A stretch of DNA of 64,000 nucleotides. Origin: the human T2T-CHM13v2.0 reference genome, Homo sapiens. This document shows positions 47,401 through 63,118 of this stretch, piece by piece. The notes under the pieces were generated by a model, which saw nothing but the letters and a program-made list of their open reading frames with translations, was not told the origin of the DNA and searched no databases. The translations under genes were made by a program, and so were the position numbers. Where the stretch lies: NCBI RefSeq assembly GCF_009914755.1, contig NC_060934.1, one strand, 5' to 3'. Position 1 is the first letter of the stretch. The number at the start of each line of letters is the position of its first letter.

Positions 47401-48764
47401 AAGAGAATTCTTACAGTTCTGATTATTATTTCCAGCAAGAACCTTAGAACCTTATGTTTCTGTTAGGTTCTTCTTAATCACGTACACTACGAGGAGATGG
47501 AGGGAATTTCGTTATTCTATTCTAAAACATACCCCCTTCCAATTTAAAAATGGAACGTTTTTAAATGGAAAATGGAAAATAATAAAATGGTCAGTCATCT
47601 AAACCATGATTAATGGATTCTCTAGAACTTAGCTTCTTCTCTTCCTTCCTCTGATTACCTTCCTTTGCGCATGTCACAGCTCCTGATGAACATAGACAAT
47701 AGATAAGACAATTAACCACATTAATGTTTCAAAACACTTTATTATTTGTTTAAAATTACAGTTTGAAGCTAAGTTGGGGAACCAGATGCCACTTTTACAA
47801 GGGTAAATAATAAATGGTGTGTTTTAATTATGTATGTGGCCCAATTATCATGAGTAATAAGTGAAGCAATATTTTTAAAGGTTAAAGAAGTTCTGTATAT
47901 ATTAGAGTGGAGAAACTTTAACGTTCTAAAACTGAATAAAATCTTTCCTTAAGAAGAAAGATTTTGTATTCAATTAAATATTATAATTAGTTACAATATA
48001 TGGGATATCTGTCGGAAAAAATTGAGTAATCTACTTTCTCAAAGTTTTATTTAAGGATATTTCTTTCCACATTAGGTAGTTCACAGATAATAGTGGTTTT
48101 GTTTTCACAGTCTTTCTTGTCAAATCAAAATTCATACAGCAATTCATGTGAAAAAAGTGATTGACTATCCTTTTACAATTTACTTGATAAAATCTAAGTA
48201 GCCAAGAATTCAAGCCTAGAAGACTCTGACCAATATTATCCTTTATGCTAAGAAATAATATTCCAAACCTATTTCTTAGGCTATTAACTGCCATTTGACC
48301 CTTTATAAGCTGTTATGTTTCAATTTATTCAAATAACATATAATTGTCCAATAAGTTTGCATTGCCTCAGTACCAGATCTATAAAAGGTTAATGGGCTTT
48401 AAAAAGGGAAGAAATCTTCTGCAACAACACGGATGAACCTGGGAGACTTTACGTCAAGTGAAATAAGCCAGGCACTTAAAAACAACTATGACATAATCTC
48501 ACTTATATAGAGAGTTTAGATAAGTAAAACTCATAGAAACAGACAGTTAATTGGTAGTCATCAGAAGCTAGGGCATGGGGAAATTGCAGAGATGTCGGTC
48601 AAAAGACACACAATTCCAGTTAGCCAGGAGGAGTAAGTTCAAAAAATTGATTGCACATCATGGTGGCTACGGCGAATAACAATACATTTATATTTGAAAA
48701 TTGCCAATAGAGTAGATTTTAAGTATTCTCACCACACACACAAAATATAGTAAGTAGGTGAAGA

Positions 48765-49587
<823 letters not shown>

Positions 49588-50151
49588 AGGTAATGCATAT
49601 AATGCGTATGTTTAGCTTGATTTAGCCATTCCACAATGTATGTATACTTTAAGACATCATGTGGTACACCTTAAATATATACAATTTATTTTCAGTTAAA
49701 AAATAAATAATTCAAAGGAAAAAACATTAATTGGAAGACTCACAAAGATGAGATAACAGGGAATGATAAAGAAGAGGAAAAATGTCAATATAGTTTCAAA
49801 TAATGAAACATAAAAAATGGAATCAACAGTGGTGCTTTTTGATATGATCTTGAAAGTTAGCAAAGGAAAAAAAATACATGAACAATCTAGATTTATAAAT
49901 ATTGATCTAGAGACACAGCAGAAAATAGTTCAGAATATGTTTGAATATAAGAGAATATTGTTAAATATCAGTTTGGAAACTTTATTTGGAAAATATTAAA
50001 GTATACTGAATAGTTCAATACTTCATAACAAAATTTCTCTAGAAGAAAAATATAGACAGAAAGCAGCCAAAAACTAGTATTTGAACCTTTTGAAGTATCA
50101 TTACAACTAATGTTTTGTGTACTATTTTGTTTTTGGAAATGCTGGGCCTAA

Positions 50152-50501
<350 letters not shown>

Positions 50502-53500
50502 ACCTTTTTACTTTTAAGTCAGGTGAGAAAAAAATCTGCCTTTTACTTTGTCACGGGTCCCAAAGAGGACGAGAATTTAAAAAAAAAAAAAGAAGGGAGA
50601 CCTGATCATCAGAGCATATACAGTGTTGTGAAGGCAGATGTAGTAAAATATATTATCTAAAAAAGGACTGAAGAAACTGAAATGCAACCTGCTAATGAAG
50701 ATAGGTATGGAAAAGAGATATGAAATAAGTGCTTTTGGACAAGAAGATCACAATAAAAGGATTTCTGTGAAAAGACTAAAAACACAAAGTCAAATAAAAT
50801 ACATCACAGAATGTAAATAATAGACACCAGCTGCATGGGTTTTAAGACTTTGTTGAAGGAAAAATATAAAACTATAATTAAGAATGAGATTCTAGAAAAA
50901 TAAGAAACATACAGACATTCAGCAATATCTAATGGTTTAATTTCACAGAAAAAAATTAGGCATTTATTAGAAAGTGTATTTATAAGGAAACCATAGAATG
51001 AGAAGAATCCTTGACCCTCCTCAACTTTAACAATTATGATACATCAAATTCACTTTTGATGGCAGAAGTGATGATATATTTTTTTAAAGTAACCTAGCCT
51101 AAAGTACGTCCTTAACCACTATCATTTAGACAATTTTTTACAAGCCCTTGCGTTGTGTACAGTAGCAAGCTCATAAGTGGAAACATTGGGCATTTAGAAG
51201 CAAACTGGTGATATGGAATTTTATTCTCTTTTTTTCTGTTTTTATTCTAAACAAAATTTTACTTCTACCTCCTACTAAGAAAGATCTCCTTATATTCATT
51301 TCCTATATGGTTTGGTATATGAATAAAGGGTGATAACAAATATAAACTAAAAGATGGGTAAATTTTTACATACACTTTCATAGCATTTATAGAGTAAGAA
51401 AAATAAAGGAAAGCAAAAAAACTACAAACAAAACAATTGAGAAGTGAAAGTCAAGGGCTTTGACTCAGAGGAGCAGAATGCTGGGGTGAGAATCCTCATG
51501 ACATATGAAAAGAAGGAACCCAGTACACACAGTAGACAATTGGCAATTGAGAAAAGGAGAAACATCTCCATGGAAACAGTACAGAATGATTCTTTCCTTG
51601 ACCTTGCGAGAAAGAAATCTACCGTAATTTTGTCAGACTAAGTAAGGATTTCTGTGGCCATATAAAAATGTGTAATGCAATATAAGAAAGTACTTTCCTC
51701 ACATGTAGTTAAAGATGGATGATTGTTCTGATAAAAAATATGCTTACAGCTAAACTTGCTGCCACAGTTTAGGAAAATAAATGCCAGGCACTCGACTAAA
51801 CCAAGGTGCTCATGCCATCCCTGGCAAATAGTAAGCTCACAGTCATCTCAAATAACTGCAAGATTAATAGATGTTTCAGGAAACAATAGATAAGTAAATT
51901 AGAGAAATGGATAAATGTGTAAAGCTTCTATGCTAGTTTATGAGTGTTTTAGCTTAGAGAGTGTTAGGTCAGGTCAGTCTGTCAGGTACTTCTCACAATT
52001 GAAACTGTATAAAATTAAAATACTCAGATTTCAGATTTCAGAAAAAAATGTGTACAGTGAGATGTGATGTACAGAATAAAATCCTTCCATTTGAAGGAAT
52101 ATATAATGAGGATACCTAGAAAATGGTCTGGAAAGAATGTTAATAAATTGATGCTACTCTTTTATTTGACTACTGCAGGTCAGGGAGCATGGATCATCTG
52201 TGAGCATGTCTACAAGGAGGACAAAGCGGGTAGTACTATGGGGTCTCTTGCATGTACCATGCACACTATAGTCTATGTGAATGCTGCTTCCCAGAATCAT
52301 GTAGTGTACAATCTTCCCTTTGGCAATGGGATGGGTAATGGTTATGATGTGAAGCAAACTTTTTCTTTATAACCTATACATTTTTTTTGTTTTTGCAGCA
52401 AGATTTTTTTCAGATACCAATTTTATAATGAGTGAGAATGATAATGAGGGACAGAACTACCAGGTAAATATTCCCCCACGTCTTGTTGTTGTATAACATA
52501 GACATCCTGAATTAGTTTTAAAAAGAATGATGATTTTTTTTTTCTTCTCACAACGCTATTATTTTAAGGAGGAAGGCATGTGAAGACTTTGTATATAGAG
52601 TCAATAAGAAGATTTTAAACACGTGCATGTAAACTTGGCCGACAAGAGGCACTTGGATCTAGAGAGACTGGCAACATATAGCAGAACTTTAGCATAGCCT
52701 AGAGCTCTGTTACAGAAATTATGAGCTGGGAGAAGAGACAATGGTGAGCTGATGGAAGTCAGAGCAGCCAGGTTAATTAATTAGGACTCTCAATAAACAC
52801 TAGAACAAAAATAAAGAAGACAGTAATCCGCTAGAACAAAATGGAAACCAAGGAGTCACTACCCACCCATAGACCCAATAACAATAGATGACAATGTTTG
52901 ATAAGAAAATTAGAAGCAGGAGAGAAATTAGCATTTTATGAAAGAGGTTGTAGTCAGTTGGACAGATGGATGTTTAATTCTTGAATCCTCTATTTACACA
53001 TGCTAGTGTATCTTCCTCTCTGGATCTGTTTCCATATAAGGGATATAATAATTATTATTTCATACAGACATTTTGTTGTGTTGTTGATACATTTGTGTGA
53101 GGTACATGAATAATGTATCTAAGTGTCTTGCACAAATCCTGGCACATAAATGTTCATTAAATGATGGGTCTCTACCAACATCCAATATGAAAAAATATTT
53201 CCATTTCCCAGGGGCTTCAGAAGATGAGTATGAACTCATCTTAGAGTTGAAGAATGTATCAGACAGGAACAGGTCAGAAAAAGATCCCAATCTATGTATG
53301 TCATGTATTTAGGGACTCAGAAGGAGACTTATCTCATGATTAGATGGTGTGCATGGGCAAAGAAAGGAAAAAAAATGCTGCTATTTTCATAAAGGCTGAA
53401 AATGCAATAATTATGGGAAAGTTGCTAACAATGATTTTAGATGCTTGTCAAACCTAAACAGGAGGTCACCAGAAAAATGCTCTAAATCTCTTCACTGTGA

Positions 53501-53891
53501 CATCCACATCTAACACTCATGCCCTTATTTAGCATAATTTTACCTGGAGCTCTATTGTCCTGAGATCCTAGAAAATGTAGTGTCTAGGTTTCTCCCTTGT
53601 AATTTAAACAATACTTCAGAAGTTAGAAGACATGAGTGGATAACAGGAAACCTGTTACAGGATACAACTTGATTAATATAGATATAATAAATAATGGTGC
53701 TTCCTAACCTCAGTTAGGATAATAAATAATACATGTTCCAGTTAAATAATAAATGTTGTAGTCTTTATTACTTGAATTTCTTACAAGACATTTAAAGTTC
53801 ATGAAGACAGATAGTAGATCTGTGTATTTTAATCATTTTTTAAGCGTCCAGAACTTCAGTTAATCAAATCAGTAAATATTTCTTTTCTTAA

Positions 53892-54027
53892 AATGAAACA
53901 ATCTGCACATATACAACTCCACTCTGAAGAAAGGCAATTATTTTCATAATTATAGGAATTTCTGCATAATTATGTAAATAATTGCCTTTCTTGAGAGTGG
54001 AATTGTATATGTGCAGATTGTTTCATT
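53892..54027. repeat. long inverted repeat: 62-bp arms, 3 mismatches, 12-nt loop
   Basis: Base-by-base pairing of 53892-53953 with 53966-54027; mismatches at 53917, 53926 and 53944. Confidence 0.95.
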
Positions 54028-57000
54028 AAAAAAATGTATTTATTATAATTAAAAAAGGCTTTATATATACATAAAGCCTTTAAGGCCTTTTGTTTTTTTT
54101 AAAAAAGAAGACTGTCCCTCCAAAAGTGGCACGTAGTTCTACCTGTTGTATAATCAACACTTTACTAATTTATGGATTTAATCCACTGCTTATCCCCAAG
54201 ATTTCCGAGATCCCAAGTCCAATATAGTCAAGGCTCAAGATCAAAGTACTTACACTTTACCCTCACTACACCCCTTGCCTTTTATACTCCACCAAATACC
54301 ACCTCCCAGAAGTTGCTGTAAAAAGAATAATTTACCTACATACATGACCATTAGGATTCTGCCTTGAAGCAGACATGCAGGAAAATATAATATTCCATCC
54401 CATGGCAACTTTTCTTTACTTGTTTTGTTGTAATATTTTTGTGTACCCTAAGAAATAGTCATTTTAATAGATTTTCAATTATAGACTAATATTTATCAGG
54501 GATTCATTATAAAATATGCTATGAATTTCCTTGATGGTGGGAGCAGATAGAGAGGAATATATGGTTCCATCTCTTGAACCTCCTCTGTGCTCTCTTATCT
54601 CAAGTTTATTTCATCAGTCAATTAATCTGCTTCTGTTACTGTGTCTCTAGCTCCCCCTGCCTTTCCCTGTCTCTCAAGCACTGTGGTTTATTATTCCTTA
54701 TCACTCTAATAATAAATGCCAGAAGCTATGTTTCCTCACTAAGACATATCCTGGGAAGTCAATAAATACACGTTAAGAAGACAAGATTTCTCAACTTTGT
54801 TAAGATACAGATTTCTATCATTAACAATTCTGATTTAGCAAACATTTATTCACCCCCAATCTTTCTAACTTAGTTTATCTCCCAGAATTCTGCGGCCACA
54901 ATTTGGTGTGTGAATAACTGATTGAACTTGCAACAGGTGGTGAATCATTAATGGCAATGTCAAGGCTTAAATCTTGCTCCACTGGTTCACCCATGGCTGC
55001 TCTCACATACCAAGCTAGAGTTCAATTAGAAAGTTGGAGATCAGTAACTCCAGAACACTGGCCAGAGGGTCAGAAGAGCTGACTCGTGGACATTCTCATT
55101 GTGGGTAAAGGATTCATTGGGTTTAATAGCAGTTTATGTCATTCTTTTCTAAAAATTAGCAGTACCAGTAGTCTCATGATTTAGGTAAATTTGCTGTTGA
55201 TTGGGGTAGAATAGTAGAAGTATATTAATAAAAATGCCTTTTAAAAATTACAGAGTATTCTTTGCACTGCTGAAGTGATTCATGAATGAGAAATTTTGAA
55301 TTACTACACATTAATATTTTTTCTAGCTCTCATACCTGTATAAGTCTCAGAAAGGACAGAAGTGAACAGAGATGAGAATGCAACCCTCTCTTAGCAAATG
55401 ATCAAGCGATTGTGTATTGTTCAATGATTAATTGATATTTTAAAATGTTTCCAGGAAGACTAAAACACTTTTTGAGAATTATGTTCTTAATTTTATACTC
55501 ACAGCTACTAAAGCAAGAGGGCTTCTTAGTAACAAATTATTTTTACAGTAATCAAAGAAAGGTTAAAATAAGAGAGTAAGATACCTAAGGCCACATGGAG
55601 AGTAAATGTCATAGCTGGAAATTTGGCAATGGTTTTGTGATTCTCATCATTTTCTATTTTGTTTTATTTTGTCTTGTAATACAGACTTCTCTGAATTATT
55701 TTATTTCTGACAGAGAGTAATATTAGACTAGGCCTTTATTTTTACAAAGCGTATGATTTGTATTGTTTACTAAATAGGTAGATAAATAAGTATGGACCAA
55801 AATAATGAGCAGTTATCATAAATGTTTACATATATAGAAAATTGTTTTTTAATGGATAACCTATATAAAATAACTTTTTAATAAACATGTATGGTTCAAG
55901 AAGGACATTTTAAATTAAATGTTCAATGCCATTTTAAGAATTTGATTCTCTAAAGAATATCCACAAAATTTGATACCACATTAAAAAAAAGATGCCAAAT
56001 AAATATATCTAGAATCCTCTAGAATTTATTTATTGACGAAATCATAAGGAAAAGAATTTTCATATGTAATTTATTAAATGATAAGTGACTTGTCATTTCA
56101 TTTACTTGGGAAATAGCATAATAAAGTTTTTAGGAGGTTTTCCTCTAGCTGGTAATTTTTGACAATTAAAAAACTTGACCCAGTTTTGAAAAATATTTGA
56201 AAATACTTGACCCTGCCCAAAAGCCACCTGCAAATAGCTTATTTGCATGAACATTAAACACAAGGGCTTTCATGTTCCTTTTACTTATTACTGGGATAAC
56301 AAACCTCCATTCATTAAGCACAGCATCGTTTTTGTTGTGAATGAAAAATCAGCCAACTTTCTGCCACATCTGGCTGCTAATCTATAAGTTTTGAATAAAC
56401 AGTAGACAGTCAATTGCCGGCATCCATTCTCTTAAACCACATGAAGTTTTTTTTTTCTCCCCAGTCAAAATGCCATTTAATACAATTTCATTTCATTTTT
56501 CAGAACAACCAAGGCTTTAAAAATAGATCAGGTTTTATGGTGCAGGGCGCAAAGCATGTATTAGATAATCTAAGGATAAATCTGTTCATATACTAAGTCT
56601 CTCAGTGTCCAATTGCCGATAAAAGTTCAAATAGTCACTGCAGACAGGATAATTTCACTGTATCAAAAACTGGCATTTGCATTGAAAAGTCATTTCTACT
56701 CATTTTTGAGAAACCAGTAGCAAAGTTATTAATTTTATAAAAAACCTAGACTCAATCTCAGTGAAGATCTTAATGGGTTTTTTGCTGGGCAAAAAGATGA
56801 GGGCAGTTTAACTGCGATAGCTACAAAACATGGCATATAAAACATTTATTTAATTGAAAAATAACAGCTACAGCATCCATAAAATTCAAAGCCCAGCATT
56901 AGCATTTTTTCCCACTGGTTCTAAATGAACCCCATCCTCCTTACTTTAAACCTTCAGAACAGTTGCCTATAGATAGAGTTATTAGTCAGACATTTGGGAA

Positions 57001-58314
57001 TATCTTTCAGTGTAGCCATATGAAAATCTACCAGAGCACACATAAGAAAAGTCGTTCGGTAATGGAACAGACAGCTATGCCTCATTAAAATGCTTCACCA
57101 GATAAACTATAACAAGACTATTTGTTCTCATAATTTGTTACTTTTATTAATGAAGCCTCCCAATATGATGCCCCTCCCTTTTTTATTAGCAGCAATATCA
57201 AATTTTGTCCTCAGATTTATGCATATTTGGGTTCATTTCTTAACTTTCTTAAACTTCAAGTTTATTTAGCCCCCTGTTTCAACTAACATTTTGCTGAATC
57301 CTTATACATATTTATGCTATGTATTATTCCCAGCTTTAAAATTCCCGTTTTTAAATTGATATTAACTCCTCTTCTAAACCATTTTTTCTATATGTAATTT
57401 ACATGTATATATATGAAATGGATACAGAATTTCCTTTTGTCTCAAATTTTTGTTTATTCCCTATTAAATGATGAGTATCCCTAAATTATAGAAGAACAGT
57501 TAAGTCTTTGCAGGTTTTAATAAAAAGTAGCCAGACCAGTTCTGTAACTAAAACCTTCACTGACCTCAATTACCTGTACTCTTATGTAAAGAGAGGACTA
57601 GACATTCTAAGAATTATCATATAGAAAGTGAATTAGTTACCTAAGTGAGAGTGCTTTTAATTATTTTCTCTTTTGTAAGGAGAACTAAACTTGCTTTAGT
57701 TCTCCTTCCAAACAGGAAGAGAGCTCAAAAAGACTGGGAGCAATTTTTAAGAAGGAAAGAATGGGATATCCCTCTCCTTCTGGCACTCAGCATTGCACCC
57801 ATCCTGCAATGGAACCATACATGATGAGACAGTTTTGGGAAAGTTTGATAGGTGTCCTCAAGAGTTTCAAGATGAAGCTAAACATGGCCAGTTGTTGCCT
57901 GCTTCTTGCTTTCAAAATTCTGAAGGCTACATGCTCATTGAGGCAGCTTTTGATGGCAAGATGGAGAAAGAGAAAAGATGCCAGATTCTTCTTCCCACTT
58001 TAGATGAGTGAATATGCTAAATATAGGCCAAGTCCGTGCCACAGAAGATGTAAGAGGCTTCAGATACCCACTGGCAAGTGTTTGCAAGAAGTCAGCAGGA
58101 GAACAAATTACACAGGTTAACAAATAGGTAGCACAGAGTTACAAAGAATTTACAGATTCACTCCCCGACAGAAGCAGCATTTGGGTGCCTGCCTCTCAAT
58201 AGAAAAAGATCAGATTATTAAAAAAAAAAAAAAGCTTCTCTCTTTTCTTTTAATTCTTCCTGCTACAATTCTTGTTTTCCCCGTTACAATCCGAAGGGAC
58301 CCATAAACAGCACT

Positions 58315-58470
58315 TCAAATGTGTCATGTCACCCTCTCCTGGCTGTAAGGTTTCCACTGAAAAGTCTGCTGCCAGATATACTGAAGCTCCATTGTATGTT
58401 ATGTGTTTGTTTGTTCTCTTGGTGCTTTTGGGATACTCTCTTTTTCCTTGACCTTTGGGAGTTTGATTAT
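58315..58470 (-). mobile_element. L1 ORF1 fragment
   Basis: Translation ITYNGASVYLAADFSVETLQ resembles the L1 ORF1p motif ITYKG-PIRL-ADFS-ETLQ. Confidence 0.8.
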
Positions 58471-58602
58471 CAAAAGCCTCAATGCCTATTGGCTCTGAGA
58501 TGATTGCTTGTTTTCTGGGACGCACTTATAAGGAAGCAAAGAAGGGAGGTCTGGGCATACCGACATGCTTACCTGCCATGCAGATGCAACTAAGGAAAAG
58601 CT

Positions 58603-58765
58603 CCCAGATTTACCAAGTAAAAGTACAAGTTGCCCAGTTGAATTTAAATTTCATATAAATCATGAATAATGTTTAGTATATGTAATTCCTAAATATTTCG
58701 TGGGATATACTCATAGTAAACAATGTAAATTCAGCTGGGCATGGTGTGCTTTATTTGACAACTTT
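58603..58765. mobile_element. MER53-like MITE inside an old MLT1-like LTR
   Basis: CCAGATTTACCAAGTAAAAGTACAAGTTGCCCAGTTGAATTTAAATTTC. Confidence 0.6.
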
Positions 58766-59528
58766 GAACTGAGTCTTCAGCCAATCCTACTGGGCCTCTT
58801 TCAGAGTTGTCCCAAATTGATGCAAAGCAGTTGCATGTTTGTATAACTACATTAGCCAGCCATGGGTCAATGGCTGCTCTCTGAAAGGAGGCACCACTTT
58901 GGGCGAGTTAGTTCATTTTAGTTTGTCTTAGGACAATATTTAGTGAAAGGTACAGGTGTGAATTGTCAGCTGCTGATGTTCCCCATGAGTGTGGGATCGA
59001 TGTCTTCCCATGAAGATGGGGTCTGGATGATGAACCACAGTGTCTAGTACAATAATTTCTCTTATGTGAGCTTCAAGAGTGATATTGAGTTAATGTTTCT
59101 ATATCCTACTTTTTTGTTTTGTTGTTTTGTTATGACTTTGTTCTCTTAACAATTAATTTTCCACCTTAGTGTTTCTTATACTGAGGAATTGTAGCTACTT
59201 ATACTACAGAGGAATGCTGAGGAATTGTAGCTACACATGACGATTGCAATTTCAAGGAAAGGGAATTTATGCTGAAATATTTGAATAACTTCCCCTCTTA
59301 GTTTTTACTATGTCAAAAAAATTCATATAAATGTATCCCTTTACACAATTGGTCTACTGAAATTTTTGGTGAAACTAAAACACAGTATTGCCTTTTTTAC
59401 TGTAAAAGAGAAAAAATTAAATAGATTTATGTACAGAGACACCTATTACAAAAAATATTTTTAAATGACCCTACACTGTATTTGCATAAAAGACTTAATT
59501 TGTCATTTCCTTAGAAATGAGAGGTTAG

Positions 59529-59830
<302 letters not shown>

Positions 59831-60494
59831 GGATAAGTCTGAAGAAATAAGGAGAAATAAGATAACTTGCTTGAGAAAGAAACATACACAAACTTGATAG
59901 CTATGGAGTATACTAGATAATCCATAATACGAACACTCAGGTTTGAGGAGATTCTATATAGCAGAAAAGGCCTATCTTCACAAAACTGCTAATTTGATAG
60001 GAAGTCTAACCTTATCTTTATATGGTTATTAATGTTAAAGCATGGAACTTTTAAAGGACCTTTTATTTTGTCAAACATTTACTTAAGCAAAGCACACTGC
60101 TCAGTGCCTGGCACTTTAAAATACTCAACAAATATTGCTTTTATTGTTCTTTTTTTTTATACTCATGGGAAAACTGCTATTTTAAATAATCTGTAATTGT
60201 TTACTATGTATTTGCAAGTTAAAGTATCTAAATGTAGATTGATTTTGGTAATTGAAGATAAAATAATAGCCCTAAAACAGGAAAAGTGAATGTAAAGTTG
60301 ATCTCTTCCAGGGCTAGAGAGGTATGATAGAAGACAGTAGGGGCTGCGTAAAAGTGGAGACTGTGTATTCAACATAAAGATATTCAAATTCACTTTGAAA
60401 AAATAATCGAATTTTCAGGTAGCTGGACTTGAGTTGAGACAAGCAGTGGATCTGAAAGGCCATGAGAGACGTGTGGAAATGTTATAGTGTAAAA

Positions 60495-60821
60495 CAGGGG
60501 TCCCAACCCCTGGGCCACAAACTGGTACCGGGCCTGTTAGGAACTGGGCCACACAGCAGAATGGGAGAGGTGGATGAGTGAGCATTACTCCTGAGCTCAG
60601 CCTCCTATCAGATCATTGGCAGCATTTGATTCTCACAGAAGCACCAGCTCTACTGTGAAGTGCGCATGCAAGTGATCTAGTTTGATCCTTATGAGAATCT
60701 AGTGCTTGATGATCTGAGTAGTGGAGCGGTTTTATCCCGAAACCTTCCCCCCAACCCTGTCCATGGAAATATTGTCTTCCACGAAACGAATCCCTGGTAC
60801 CAAAGAGGTTGGGGACCACTG
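60495..60821 (+). mobile_element. MER1B-like hAT-Charlie element
   Basis: Termini CAGGGGTCCCAACC and GGTTGGGGACCACTG; degenerate 8-bp TSD GTGTAAAA/GAGTAAAC. Confidence 0.85.
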
Positions 60822-61501
60822 GAGTAAACAAAATTAAGGCAGTATTAAATACGAAGATGTCTTAGATGTTATTTTCTTGCAAGAGACAGAATCTTATTTA
60901 AATTTCCTTAGTAAAACAGAGGTTTAACTAAAAGGATACAAAAATATCTTGGGCTCAGAGTAAATAAGAAATCATTAGATAGCTGTTTGTTTTATATCTA
61001 GTTCCAAGTCTGCATGGTTTCTAGTTCCCATTCATCTGTTTATCATCTTCTCCAATACAGATTAATTTGGAAGGCTGTTAGTATTTGCTCCCTTTAACTT
61101 AAGTTTATCCATGGCTTTGGACTGCTGCGACAATTCTGGCCCAATGCTATTAGACTTCTCAGTTGAGATGCCTATAATTAACATACTAAAATACCTCATT
61201 TTCTAAATCAAAATTTTGAGAAAAAGCTTCATGTATTATATGCTTCTCCTTGAGTTACACATCCATTCCTACTTTTCTGAACTGTAACCAGAAAGAACGG
61301 TCATGGGGCACAAATAGGATTGGGTTTAAACTCTCTGCTTTATCACAATGCCAGACTGATATTTAGAGCCTCTACATGTGGAAAAGCTTATGACACTCCT
61401 TCATTGTACAGTTCAAAACAAAATTATTTTGAATCTATAAAAAAAATACATACTGAATCTAAACAGCCAATTCTAGTTTACAAAGTTCTGGATAATACCA
61501 T

Positions 61502-61924
61502 TGTCTTAGTCCATTTTCTGTTGCTTATAGCAGTATACCTAAAACTGAGTAATTTACAAAGAACTGAATTTATTTTCTACAGCTAAGAAGGCTTGGAAAT
61601 CCAAGGTCGATGGGGCATATCTTTTGAGAGCCTTCTTGCTTGTGGGGACTCTCAGAAGAGTCCCAAGGTAGCACAGGGTATCGTATGGCAAGAGGGCTGA
61701 GTATGCTAACATGCTAGCTCAGGTCTATCTTCCCCTTCTTATAAATCTAATGGTTTCCCTCCCAAGATAACCTATTAATCCACTGACTTATCAATGGATT
61801 AATCCACTCATGAGGGAAGAACTTTCATGATCCAATCCCCTCTTTAAAAAGCTCGTTCTCTATATTGTCATATTTTGGATTAAGTTTCAACATGAGTTTT
61901 GGAGGGAACATTCAAACCATAGCA
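61502..61924. mobile_element. MaLR solo LTR (MSTB/MSTD-like)
   Basis: TGTCTTAGTCCATTTT...TTCAAACCATAGCA with 5-bp TSD ACCAT at 61497-61501 and 61925-61929. Confidence 0.9.
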
Positions 61925-63118
61925 ACCATGAAAGCTGAACCTTTCCAATTCTGTGCATGGATGTTTATATCTGGTATCCTAATTGCTGAAGCACAGTTTC
62001 AACCTGCCTGTTGAAAAAGTCCATTTGCAACCCAGCACAAGTCGATCACTTGCTCGAGCTAAATCTCATTTTGTCTCTCAAACGTTTTTCCCAAATTCAT
62101 GTCATCCCTCTGCTAACAAAGAGAACAAAGGTTTGTAGATGTTTCCTCTCCCAAAGATAGGGTGAATAACTGCTTTAGGCAGAGAAGATCAAAGTGTGAC
62201 CTTATTGAGCACTTTTATTGGCTTCAGACTAGGGTTTCAACAAGTTCAGACTCCTGTGGCTGCCTCACCATGTCTAAAGAAATTATGAATGATCCATCTC
62301 CTTAGTGTGATTCCCCACCCACCCACTCCAATCCAACCCTTCTCTCTACCTCTTTTCAAATATTTCTCTAAGACTTTTCTTAGACCAATATGACTTCCCT
62401 CTCACCTAACACCCTTTCTTTAGCAAGTTATATTTATGTCAGATTCTTAATCCATTCAAAGGGAATGATGATAAAGAATAAAAGAATAATAGTAAGTATT
62501 AAACTGTGCCATCTTGCCCTTCTCTCTCCCTGAGAATTTTTGCTAATTTAGTAGCCAGGGGAAATGATTGCAATATCTCCTAGTGATCTGGTGGCAGGGG
62601 GAGCATCTGGTTTGGGTGAGTCAGTCCCTGACTTTGTAATATGACCTGGTGAATAACTCAATATCAATAAATTTCAACCTGCTGCAGGTTGCTGAAGTTT
62701 TATAGAAACTTAGAAGAGCTATAAGCCACCGTAAATTTGAGAAGCAACCTTAGGCTCAGAGAAAAAACTGGCTGTTATCTAGCTGTGAAACAAAACACAT
62801 AATACTTATATAGTGAAACAGGACTTCAAAAGAGAACTTAGGCAAATGAGATTTATGTTCAACATTTTTGTGGTTAATTATTCCATGTTGCTGCTTAATA
62901 AATTTTCTAATTTTTAAGAAATACAATTCAAAAATGAAAGTTTTGATTATATTATAGGGTATTAGCACATGTTCAGAATTTTCAGAATTGGAGTTCTCTG
63001 CTGCCCTAACTGACAATGACAAAATCAAGGGTAGAAACTTAAGCTTATGCTTATTTCATAATGCTGGTCAAATTCAATTAAAATTAGTAATGTAATCTTT
63101 GAGTGGTTACTTTATATT

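Noticed and set aside
52064-52372. 102-aa ORF with an internal acceptor-like CAG|G
   Set aside because: No recognisable domain, no strong donor site and no supporting neighbouring exons.
58250-58525. 91-aa ORF
   Set aside because: Decayed L1 ORF1 fragment.
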